Positions 40,506 through 51,556 of a stretch of 64,000 bases of DNA are shown piece by piece. Location: NCBI GenBank assembly GCA_032718475.1, contig JAUCBJ010004176.1, positions 62,001 to 126,000 on the forward strand, in the 5' to 3' direction. Each line of letters begins with the position of its first letter. The first letter of the stretch is position 1. This DNA is from Nemertoderma westbladi. Taxonomy: Eukaryota; Animalia; Xenacoelomorpha. The notes under the pieces are model-generated. The model did not search any database and had not been told where the DNA came from. It was given only the letters and a program-made list of their open reading frames with translations. The position numbers were made by a program, and so were the translations under genes.

Positions 40506-40585
40506 TTTCCCTATGATGAAATCGATGGCGAGTCTGAGGAAAGATTATGGTCTTTTCTTTGGTGATTTTGGTTCTGATTGGGAAA
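40506..40585 (+). ncRNA. Box C/D snoRNA, snR75/U15-like, copy 6 (duplicate of copy 3)
   Basis: Stem TTTCCC/GGGAAA; same boxes and guide. Confidence 0.82.
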
Positions 40586-40629
40586 GTCACACAAATAACA
40601 TTATTGTACGTCATGTAAATTAGTTGGAA

Positions 40630-40878
40630 GGCGGGCTAGCTCAGGTGGTTGTGGTTGAGCGACGGGTCTGCAATCTATTGGTTGTAGGTTCGAGTCCCAC
40701 CAGAGTCCACTCAGCATTTCATCCCCTGGGATTGATGAAATGAGGACCGGTTGAATTACTGGGAGCAAAATTGGGATAGGTATGAGTAGAGCGCCCACCC
40801 ACACCTTCTGGTAGCAGCTATCGAAAGAGGAGTCTTCGGTTTGCCTCCCTCCTGCTTCGGTCGACTGTTTGCTTGCTT
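40630..40878 (+). mobile_element. tRNA-derived SINE, uninterrupted copy
   Basis: Same A/B-box head and body as the copy at 36791, without the foldback insertion; ends in GCTTGCTT. Confidence 0.8.
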
Positions 40879-41121
40879 CCTATGAAAATTTATTTTCACG
40901 ATTCCATTGGTTTTAGATCCGAGGAATGTCCTAAATCGATCTTTACCAACCATTTTGAAAATCACTGACTACTGAAACACAACTAATCTACGACAGACCG
41001 ACGTAGATTTGTTTCCCTGCACAATTTAATCATGTGCATGACAGGGTCTGGTAGAGAGAAAATAACCCAAGCATAACTAAACATAAGACTCTGAGAGGAC
41101 CCATATCGTATGTGATACAAT

Positions 41122-41206
41122 CCATTCCCTATGATGAGAATGATGGCGAGTCTGAGATAAGACAATTAGGTTTTATCTTTGGTGATTTTGGTTCTGATTG
41201 GGATGG
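41122..41206 (+). ncRNA. Box C/D snoRNA, snR75/U15-like, copy 7
   Basis: ATGATGAGAATGATGGCGAGTCTGA, hairpin AGATAAGAC/GTTTTATCT, terminal CTGA, and stem CCAT.CCC/GGGATGG. It lies about 200 nt upstream of a LATS acceptor. Confidence 0.85.
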
Positions 41207-41402
41207 TCCACATACCAGATAAAGAGTTATGTCTAGCATATAAAAAACCTTCAAAGTTATAATTTTAAAATTAGCCCCTGGAATGGAACTCTTAACAACA
41301 TACACACTTTCAATGTGTTCTATATACATTAATTTATTTTATTTATTAGTGTCCTTATGGCACAATTATTCAAAATCGGCACAATAATTAATCTGCATAT
41401 AA

Positions 41403-41717
<315 letters not shown>

Positions 41718-41879
41718 TAGTCTCAATCATTTATTAAATAAAACCAGTTGTCGTTCCTTCTAACAATTATATCCGTTAACGTTTGGCCTCAATTACGATC
41801 TCTCTAAATCTAAAACTTTCAAGTCAATCAAACCAAAATACCAACATTAATGTACATCAATTGAAGTACAGTTGAAGCA

Positions 41880-44260
41880 AGTACACGTTCGTGGGGCCTT
41901 CGCGCAGCACGAGGCCCAGTTATGAGATACAAATTAAAATCCCATCAAAAAATAATAAGCCTAATATTTTGAGAAATAAACGATTTTGGATATAAGCCTT
42001 CTGCAGTGGTAATCTTATTGACTGACAATCATTAAATGAGATCTGTCTATTACCTGAGACTAAAGAACACAGACTCTATAGTGTAATAGGATGTAGGGAA
42101 TGCAGGTTTCAATCTCGTTAGGTCTAGCTGGCAGACGTGTGGCTAGTTACATACAACCCCCCCTCCACTGGCATTCCCAGCAACTGGCTGCCTTACACAC
42201 ATCCTTCCATCTATTTGGGGCGAGCCACGAAGTGAGTGAGCCTTAGCGTAGTGGTACCATTAATCAACCTGTCGTTCTGTTGCTTTTTTTGCAGTGTTCA
42301 ATTTTAAACGTTAATAAATCAGCCAATCTTCGATGAAATCTATCCAAACTTGGTACACATGTTGTTTGGCAAAAGTTTAGAAATTTTCCAAGTTGAATTT
42401 TCGTGTGGCCTTCGAGAAGCTAAGATAATAGCAGTTAATTAGTTAATTAAATTGATTACGGTAAAAACAGCACTTTCAACCAGCCTGTTAAAGGAAATTA
42501 ATTGTTTTACAGTATAAGACTTCAATAATTATACTTAAAAATTATACAGATGTAATCCACATACCCCATTCTATTATAGTTTTTAATTAGTTCAAGTGAT
42601 TTGCTTTAATAATTGTGTCTTTAATTGATCTAAAGTAATTAAAATGGCATAAAAAAATTTATTCTCATTAAATACTGCTCATTTATTGGCCAATATGCAA
42701 GTTGGCTGGTACATAGATGAGAAGGATGTCTGTGTAAGGCAGCCAGTTGCTGGGAATGCCAGTGGAGGGGGGTTGTATGTAACTAGCCACACGTCTGCCA
42801 GCTAGACCTAACGAGATTGAAACCTGCATTCCCTACCTCCTATTACACTATAGAGTCTGTGTTCTTTAGTCTCAGGTAATAGACAGATCTCATTTAATGA
42901 TTGTCAGTCAATAACCTTACCACTGCAGAAGGCTTATATCCAAAATTGTTTATTTCTCAAAATATTAGGCTTATTATTTTTTGATGGGATTTCTGTGTAT
43001 TTTAATTGTCTAAGTTTTCAGAGGCATTAACAGTATATTAAATAAATTATTTTAATATCATTCATTACTGCATCGACTGTATTTAGTACTGCGTAGATTA
43101 TATTCCTATAAACCACCCGGCTTCGCATATTGAACGTGCGATTGGAAATAAGTTCGTGCTACCCTTCCGTGGGTGGTAGATGTCGCGGTTATGTATTGGT
43201 GGGTGGGAAGGGGGGGGGGGGGGGGGCAGATTAAAAGGGCTGAACACGTACTGTCCCTCTTTCTTTGATTGATTGGCGGTGTGGTTAAATTTCTAAATTT
43301 TACTAATTTATAAAGTTTAATACTGATTTTGTGATACAGTCGCTCGATTTTAATTTGTATCCCATAAATGGGCCTCGTGCTGCGCGAAGGCCCCACGAAC
43401 GTGTACCAGCCAACTTGTATGTTGGCCAATAAATGAGCAGTATTTAATGAGAATCAATTTTTTATGCCGTTTTAATTACTTTAGATCAATTAAAGACACA
43501 ATTATTAAAGCTACTACCAGAGATCTGATTTCCAGATGGTATCCATTTCTGATAGAGCTACCCAAGCCTTTGCTTTCCTAACTTCTATGTCCTTTTTGCT
43601 ACTCTCTATCCATGATCCAAGGTACTGGAAGTCGTCAACCTTCCTTAGTTGATTATTATCAATGATTGTCAAGTTACCATCAACATTAAAGGTCATGAAT
43701 CCGGTCTTTGTAGCATTTATATGCAATCCAACCTCCTTAGCAGCCCTCTCCACTTTATTTAGTAGAAGCTGTGCATCTGCTAGGGTATTAGAGAGCAGGG
43801 CGATGTCATCCGCAAAGTCGGTGTCTGTGACTGTAGTTGCCGGATATCTACTACTTCTGCGTTCTTGAAGTGTGAATCCCAGATCTTCACCCTTTGTGGC
43901 CGTCCTCATTGCGTAATCCAGCACAATTACAAATAGTAATGGTGCTAATGTGTCACCTTGCAGTACGCCAGCCAGGATTGAGAAAAACTCAGTTTCACCA
44001 TCTGGTGAGAGTACCTGCGCTTCTGTGTCACAATATAACAATCCAATGCCAGCAACAATTACTTCTGGTATTCCATTATTAAAGCAAATCACTTGAACTA
44101 ATTAAAAACTATAATAGAATGGGGTATGTGGATTACATCTGTATAATTTTTAAGTATAATTATTGAAGTCTTATACTGTAAAACAATTAATTTCCTTTAA
44201 CAGGCAGGTTGAAAGTGCTGATTTTACCGTAATCAATTTAATTAACTACTATAATTAACT
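41880..44260. repeat. Interleaved inverted duplications
   Basis: 41938-42213 is inverted at 42714-42992. 42433-42713 is inverted at 43403-44250, split by an RTE fragment. 41880-41941 is inverted at 43345-43406. Confidence 0.85.
43512..44074 (-). mobile_element. RTE-clade LINE internal fragment with 11-bp TSD
   Basis: RT motifs GVLQGDTLAP, FADD and YLGS; TSD ATTATTAAAGC at 43501-43511 and 44075-44085. Same family as 14187-14848. Confidence 0.92.
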
Positions 44261-44345
44261 ATTAAAAAGCGGTGAATTGAACCGAAACCCAATAATTTTT
44301 TTTTAATTACTTTTATAATTGTTTCATTATCGGTATCGTTGCTAG

Positions 44346-44553
44346 GTTACACCTACTGCTGCGACTGGTGGAGTGTTGGAGTTATCCTGTACGAGATGGT
44401 GATTGGTCAACCCCCGTTCATGGCCGGTTCTCCTACAGAGACTCAACTGAAGGTTATCAATTGGCGGGAACATCTTCGGATACCGAGTCAAGCCAATATC
44501 TCGTCTGAGTCAGCAGATCTCATACTGGCCTTGTGTTGCGATCAGGAAAATAG
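44346..44553 (+). CDS. LATS: LATS/Warts coding exon 9
   Basis: GYTYCCDWWSVGVILYEMVIGQPPF...TQLKVINW; CTAG acceptor and AG|GTAAGG donor. Confidence 0.97.
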
Positions 44554-45224
44554 GTAAGGGGGGTTAATAGTTAAGTAGATTCGATAGGCTCACCCAAGGA
44601 AAATATTGAATATATCGACTATTGGCAGAAAATATAACATTTGATATTGAATAGATATTTATTTCAATATTTTGATACTTAAAAAATATAAAGGTGTGTA
44701 AATAATATGTCAAATCCAAATATAATTTTTTGTTTTGTTATTCGAATAATATTATTAAAACATATAAATTACACAAAACAAGGAAACAAGCCACCCCAGC
44801 TCAAAAATTCAAAATATGTTTTTTTTTGAGAAATCATTCAAATATTTACTATAACAATGTGGGTGTATTACTTTAAAACAAGCTGACCACTCAACTCTCT
44901 TATAAATGACGTTTACAATTAATAGATTAAATTAATTGATAATTAATTTTCAATTTTTGCCTCTTTTTTAAAATCGTTTCGGTTATGTAAATTAATTATA
45001 AAATATTAATAAAAAACAAATTTGTTGTAGAATATATCCACAACCTGGTATGGACTTATTTATATTTTTCTAACCCCCCCCCCCCCCCCCCTCCCTATCT
45101 GATGTACTGCAGTATTACAGCCCATAATAACATAGACAGTTGGAAAACTAAAATGACAATGGAAAATAAGAAATTTGGCATATTAATCTGACAGCGGTAA
45201 CGATAAGAGTTGTGATGACAGTGG

Positions 45225-45447
45225 TCATTGATTTGGCGGTGTTTGTTTATCGTCATCGTTACGACGGTCTTCGGGCAACTGAATTCCTTTAAAGTGTTGC
45301 GAATTCTTGAACTCCCGGTAGAGGGCCACGAGTTGATGGACTGTGGGTAGTCGCTCGTCGTTGTAGACTGGAATATCGAGAATAGCGGCCACCATGTCTA
45401 TGTAGGTAGGGAGTTCTACATCCAAATCAGCTGATGGAATCCCCAAC
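45225..45447 (-). CDS. IFT46: IFT46 last coding exon
   Basis: LGIPSADLDVELPTYIDMVAAILDIPVY...LYREFKNSQHF matches the IFT46 C-terminus; CTTAG acceptor in phase 2. Confidence 0.92.
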
Positions 45448-45709
45448 CTAAGACATGTAGGACAGCGCATTATAGTTGTTTGGCACCCTGTTGTACTATT
45501 ATACAATGTTTTGTATGATAGGAACAGGTATAATATGTCAAAGGGGGTGATTACTGTGTGCCTAGTTAAGTTACTCTCACCCTCCCAGTCAGTAGTATGA
45601 ATATCATATACAATATATTGTGTCCCTAGGCCGATGAGAGATTTACCGGTAACCGATATCTTTATTTCTTTACGAACTATCTCTCTCTGTCTGTCACTTT
45701 TCCACCTAC

Positions 45710-46041
45710 CTGTTAACGTGTTCTTCGAACTCCGGTTGCCACTCCTGCATCAGCGCATCCAGTTCCGGCATCGGCAACCTCCCGATGCGTTTATTCATCG
45801 ACGCTCCGGTTTGTGACGCCGTCGCTTTGTGCATCGTTTCTATGTTGTCCACCCAGTTCTGTATAAACTTTGGGTTCTTGATTGGATCCGGTATGCTCTG
45901 TATCTCCATGTTCTTCCCTATTGGTTTTCTGTAGGAGGCGCGCATCTGTAGTTCCATAACGACGGGGTTTGATTGGACAATACCGGGCTCATCCAACGTC
46001 ATCAATCCCAACTCAGTATCTGGTTTGTCCGGTCTTGGTAC
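45710..46041 (-). CDS. IFT46: IFT46 coding exon 3
   Basis: VPRPDKPDTELGLMTLDEP..QSNP and MPELDALMQEWQPEFEE; canonical splice sites, phase 0-2. Confidence 0.92.
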
Positions 46042-46660
46042 CTTTTATTATATCAATTGTTGTATTATTTTACTACTATTTTATTAGTTCTTTGTTATAC
46101 AGTACTACGACGTCTGAGAATCTAAGAAACAACTATCGATTTTCGTATTGATGACGAGTCTGAGTCTGTGATAAGCATAGGTGGTCTCTCCTATAATGAT
46201 TTTCATTCTGTTTGGGAAACACTTGAATTAGGTAGTCGAACTACTAAGATAAAAATATGTATTTCAAAATATGAAATCTAACACGATTGATAATGTTATA
46301 TCCGAATTGAGCACAGCCAGAGAATAGCTGACTTAACCTGGGAAAGACAAGAGGCCACGCACAAAGCCGCAAGTTTGTGTGCCTCCAATATTAGGTTATG
46401 TTAAATAATACATTAAAATCTGTGACAAATCAGTTAAAGTTATTCGATTACCCGTATGATTTCGAGTCATTAAGTACAATTTACCAAAGTTATAAGCATT
46501 ACTACTTGCTCATGATTAAAACGACCTGACCTTTACAAACTAGCAGTGTGTCATGACGCGTTAGTAATTCCAAGTATCACCCTGCGAGATCCCTGCAAAT
46601 GTTCTTATTGTTAATGACTATGTAATCGATTCGTGTTTGTTTTGAATTAATTTTATTTAC

Positions 46661-46905
46661 CTTTATAAAAGCGTCGATATCGCCCACTGACGGTATATAT
46701 TCTGGTATAAAAGCTTTCAGTTTGTATTTAAGTTCTTTGACATGCTCGTCAGGTTTGTACCTCTGTATCATATGGAACAAGGCTTTTATTTCATCGTTAA
46801 CCACCAATCCCTCGTATTCTTTAGGTTTGTAGTTGCTCTCAACATGCATTTCGTTTTGCATTTTATTTCCAATGGACACATTTTCATCACCATTCGTTGC
46901 TATAG
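46661..46905 (-). CDS. IFT46: IFT46 coding exon 2
   Basis: YKPKEYEGLVVNDEIKALFHMIQRYKP and FIPEYIPSVGDIDAFIK; TTATTCAG acceptor (phase 1) and AAG|GTAAAT donor. Confidence 0.92.
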
Positions 46906-47088
46906 CTGAATAATAAGTTAAACATATATACTTTGGTTAAAAATTATTTATTTACATTTCAGTTGGGTTTACCACCTCAACCAAGAATTTAAATCAATTT
47001 AGTCCAATCAACTCCTAATTAACCAGAATTATCTATTAAATCAAACTATACTTGTTAAATTTTTATATAATAATTTTGATATATGATA

Positions 47089-47102
47089 GTTACCATGGCA
47101 AC
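47089..47102. promoter_or_regulatory. RFX X-box motif
   Basis: GTTACCATGGCAAC is a near-perfect X-box about 185 bp 5' of IFT46 exon 2. Confidence 0.6.
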
Positions 47103-48062
47103 AGGGGTAGGTATTATAATATGTTCTAGAACAACCTGTTGGGCCTTGTTTTCCAGCTAATAATACTTTTACCCATCTAGTATTTTATATAAGGATATAT
47201 GCACAATACATAAGCCAATCAAAATGGCAAAACACTAAAGCTAAAACAGTGAAGAATAGTTATTTTCTAAGAGTTGAGGAAATTATTAAATTTTCTTTAG
47301 AATGAGATGAGAATGGTATATTAGTGATATGCTACTCCTAGTTACCGAGATATACCAATTGATGTGCGACAGGTCTGTGTGAATAATTCTACCCATTGAT
47401 TAACAGTTTTATTCTTAAATTGTTTCTTTCGCTCGAATATACTCCAAAATCGGGAGAAAAAGTTTCACTTATTATCCCTAGGGAAAATAGTAACCCACAG
47501 GATTGCTTTGATTTTACTTTTTTCCCGGCGAAAAAAGTAAAATAAAAACTTTTTCTTAAATTTTATTACATATGTGTTGAAAGAGCATTGAAGCGTTTGC
47601 ACGTAATTTGAGCAAAATCCATTCAGACACTCAAACGTTATTGCAACCGTACACCAAAACGGAATTCAATATCCAATATTGGTTTATGTAAAGCGGGTCT
47701 CTAGTTACATAATAAATATTCGAGAACACTAAATTATTTAACATTGAGTAAGGCAGCATCGGGAGTTGAAGAGTACAGCAATTTGAATCGCAGTAACTAT
47801 ATGGAGGCAATATAGTAGTAATAATACTATAGTTAAATTTATTTTGTAACACTACGGTACAGTATATCGCTTTATCTTTTATTAAAAAATTAAGCAACAA
47901 AAAAGTATAAAAATTTAAGAATAAAATTACGTATTACCTGGGAAAAAATTTAGAACTTTTTTTTCAATATTCTCTCGACCCTTTATTAACCTCGCTGGCA
48001 TTAACCTCGAGGCATAAAATGCCTCGAGTATTGTGAAATTTTTCTCATGTAATAAATAATTA

Positions 48063-48576
48063 GGGAGCAGTTCCGTATGCAGTCGCATTTTCTAAAAAAC
48101 TTTTACGAAATATATATTACCATATATTATGACTAATCTAGAACTAAATTACCATCGTTGACTTCCTCACAACATTTTTCAAAAAATATTGTGTTCTAGA
48201 ACACAATATTAGCTAATTTCTGAACATTTGCTACCGCTAATAAAAAATCAAGGTATATTTTTTAAATTAGCTATATGGTCTAGAACATTATATTTGTATT
48301 TTATTTATGTTCTAGAATAGTTTATATTACTTTTCTATTGTTCTAGAATCTTCAACGTTGCCATAGTAACAATGATATATGTTTTAAATATGTAGTGCTA
48401 TATGGAAATCTATCCTAAAAAAGTAGAAAAACTAGCTTATATAAAAAATAATAATTGTGTTCTAGAATAAAAATATTTTTCAGAATTGATAGCCAACACG
48501 TGTTCTGTAATTTTTACAAAAAATTAACAAAAACCAGCTGGTATAAAATGTTAATACTACATACGGAACTCTTGCC
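48063..48576. mobile_element. Old palindromic MITE-like element carrying X-box GTTGCCATAGTAAC (48357)
   Basis: Ends AGTTCCGTATGCAGT and ACTACATACGGAACT are inverted; several internal TTCTAGAA. Confidence 0.5.
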
Positions 48577-48857
48577 AATAATTATATTACATAATTAATT
48601 AAATTATTCTGTAACATCGCTGCTTTGCCAATTACTCTTCCCTTCTGTTCCTTTTGTTTGGCGTCTGTTATTTAAATTTACGAAGTTTTTTGGATAAATA
48701 TATGATCCGGAAACTAAATTTTTTAGGCTTTTTTTGGACTTTTTAGGCAAAATAATTAATAATAATAATAATATTAAATTCTAAATTGATTTGTGTTTTA
48801 TACATGTTTTCCTTGTTAGATTTTTTTTTCATTCATGTTATTCATTATCGTACTAAC

Positions 48858-50259
48858 CTGGTACCTTCAATTTAACGTCATTTTTATCATCGCTGCTGGA
48901 TTTTCGTATTGCAGTTTGTTCATCCCGCTCTGGTGAACTATTGTCTTCGAAGTCGTTCGCAATTGTCTCCTGTGTTGGTGGTTGGGTTGGCGTCTTATCT
49001 CTTCTCAAAAATTTTCGAAAGAACCCTGTAGTTTTGCTCTTACTATTTTTAGCTGTAGATATATCAGTTGAGCTGAGTGTTTCTTTTGAAATGGAAGTAT
49101 CATCTGTATTCAATCCATTTTTTAAGATAGAACTTTCGTTTGTGCTGTGGGCATCTCTTGTGATGGAACCATCGTTTTTTTTGTTGGCATCTCTTGTGAT
49201 GGAACTATCGTTTTTCGTGTTTGCATCTCTTGTGATGGAATCATGGTTTGTCTTGTTCACATCTTTTGAGATGGAACTTGAACCATCGTTTGCCTTGTTC
49301 ACATCTTTTGAAATGGAATTGGAACTATCGTTTGCCTTGTTTGCATCTTTTGAGATGGAACTATCGTTTGCCTTGTTTGCATCTTTCGAGATGGAACTAT
49401 CGTTTGCCTTGTTTGCATCTTTTGAGATGGAACTATCGTTTGCCTTGTCTGCGTCTTTTGAGATGGAACTGGAACCATCGTTTGCCTTGTTTGCATCTTT
49501 TGAGATGGAACTGGAACCATCGTTTGCCTTGTTTGCATCTTTTGAGATGGAACTATCGTTTGCCTTGTTTGCATCTTTTGAGATGGAACTATCGTTTGCC
49601 TTGTCTGCGTCTTTTGAGATGGAACTGGAACCATCGTTTGCCTTGTTTGCATCTTTTGAGATGGAACTATCGTTTGCCTTGTTTGCATCTTTTGAGATGG
49701 AACTATCGTTTGCCTTGTTTGCATCTTTTGAGATGGAACTATCGTTTGCCTTGTTTGCATCTTTTGAGATGGAACTATCGTTTGCCTTGTTTGCATCTTT
49801 TGAGATGGAACTATCGTTTGCCTTGTTTGCATCTTTTGAGATGGAACTATCGTTTGCCTTGTTTGCATTTTTTGTAATGGAACTATCGTTTGCCTTGTTT
49901 GCATCTTTTGAGATGGAACTATCGTTTGCCTTGTTTGCATCTTTTGAGATGAAACTATCGTTTATGCTACTTGCATCTTTAGAGATGGAACTATCGTTTG
50001 CTAAATCTCTATGATATTCTGTTGCTGCTTTAGGTTTTTGGCCTTCTATTGATTCTATTTCTTCTATTGGGCTATCAGTTATGGTAGAGCTACCCTCGAG
50101 TTTACTTAAATTGCCATCTAATGAATTGTCATCAACTTTCGGAATTGTATTGTTTTTTGATTCAGGGGTCAGATTTCCATCCATAGTTAAGTATTTTCGT
50201 TGTCCTTCTTGGTTTTCTTCCACAGTTTTCGATGTAACATCGTCTGGGTGCGCGTCCAT
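48858..50259 (-). CDS. IFT46: Putative IFT46 coding exon 1: 467-aa low-complexity extension with about 25 NDSSISKDANKA repeats
   Basis: ATG in AATAATGG context with an in-frame stop upstream. The CAG|GTTAGT donor is phase 1 and joins exon 2 in frame. The four exons total 2202 nt (733 aa). Confidence 0.68.
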
Positions 50260-50999
50260 TATTGTTTCGAGTTAGATAATGTTCTCATTTATTTGGGGTC
50301 GTGTAATTATTGATGACGCTACATTATTTTTTGACAATAAAGGGAAGTTACTTTACTGTAAACTCATGCCGCTCCCCAAGATCCCGGTAATATTATTACG
50401 CCCACGCAATCTCCGGGTATTAAATTCACAACTTTTGACTATTTCTATTATTTGCTACTCAACGGCGTCGTTAGGTGATAGTTTTTATGTAGCGCATTGT
50501 TCCTTTATGAGACATGGGGGTGTGTTCGTTGATGCAGCATTGTCCCAGCAATCTCAGCAAACAAATCCTATTATTATTAATAAATTGAAATACCAGCTAA
50601 TACCTGTTGTAATACAGTCAACTATGCTACCATTTGCTGGTTGAAAGGTTTTAATATTTCTCAGCTTACTAATTTTTCTTCACATTTTTATTTGTTACGA
50701 CTACACCATGTCTCGGAATATGGGGTCGTAATTTAGTGACATAACCCCCCCCCCCCCCCCCCCCCCCCATTATTAAAATTATTTTAATGAGATTGTAGAT
50801 TTACCTCACATGACAGAATTTGGATTTTTCTTTAATTTAGCTATAAGCGTTTAAAATAGCTGCCTCCGTCGATATTGCACCGGTCGTACAGTTATTCATT
50901 GGTAGTTGGTACCAATGGAAAGATGACGTTGCATGGATTCCAAGTATGCAATAAATTTTGAATTTCGTTGCGAAATACCTGAGATATGGGCGTTCTAAT

Positions 51000-51223
51000 G
51001 AGTGTAAACGCTACGCTGACAACCGACAACCAATGCCGACAACCATTGTTAAAGGTTAAAGCTAATTAATGTAATTATCAATTGAGAGAAAGGAACAAGT
51101 TACAGTGGAAAGTTATTATAACCAAAACAATACACGAGAGTCACGAACTCAGGTTACATTTTCATATTTCCCGTTGTCGGCCTTGGTTTTCGGCTGTCGG
51201 TTGTCGGCGTAGCGTTTACACTC
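51000..51223. mobile_element. MITE, Mutator-like (9-bp TSD)
   Basis: TIR GAGTGTAAACGCTACGC.GACAACCGACA; flanks CGTTCTAAT / CGTTTTAAT. Confidence 0.8.
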
Positions 51224-51556
51224 CGTTTTAATGTTGTATCCACTACACGCCATTTATTCGATTTATTTATACCCAACACCAACATTCTGGGACATGTTTT
51301 TTTATCTCTTAAGTACCGGTAGATGGCAAACGATGGCCGTATGGTTGTGAAAACACAAAAACGTACGGGTAGCTCTTTCTGGCAGCAAATTCCGAATATG
51401 TTGACTTTCTCAAAATACGACTTTGTATATCATTCGAAAGCTTGTGATACGCTGAATACAATGTGGAAATTTTCCCAGCAGGGATGTAAATGGATAAATA
51501 TGTGTAAAACACAATCGCCCGAATTGTAACATTTAGTCTGCAGTAGATTTACTAAT

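Larger units (their letters stand above)
35105..41138. repeat. Tandem duplication of a 2.2-kb unit (35105-38922 including an insertion; 38923-41138)
   Basis: Near-identical sequence restarts at CCATGA(T/C)GGACAAACAAACCG (35111 and 38929). Both copies end at CCATTCCCTATGATGAG. Confidence 0.95.

Noticed and set aside
48941-50014. Alternative-frame and antisense ORFs over the 36-bp repeat
   Set aside because: Shadows of the repeat. Only the 50259 frame has unique flanking sequence and a phase-compatible donor.
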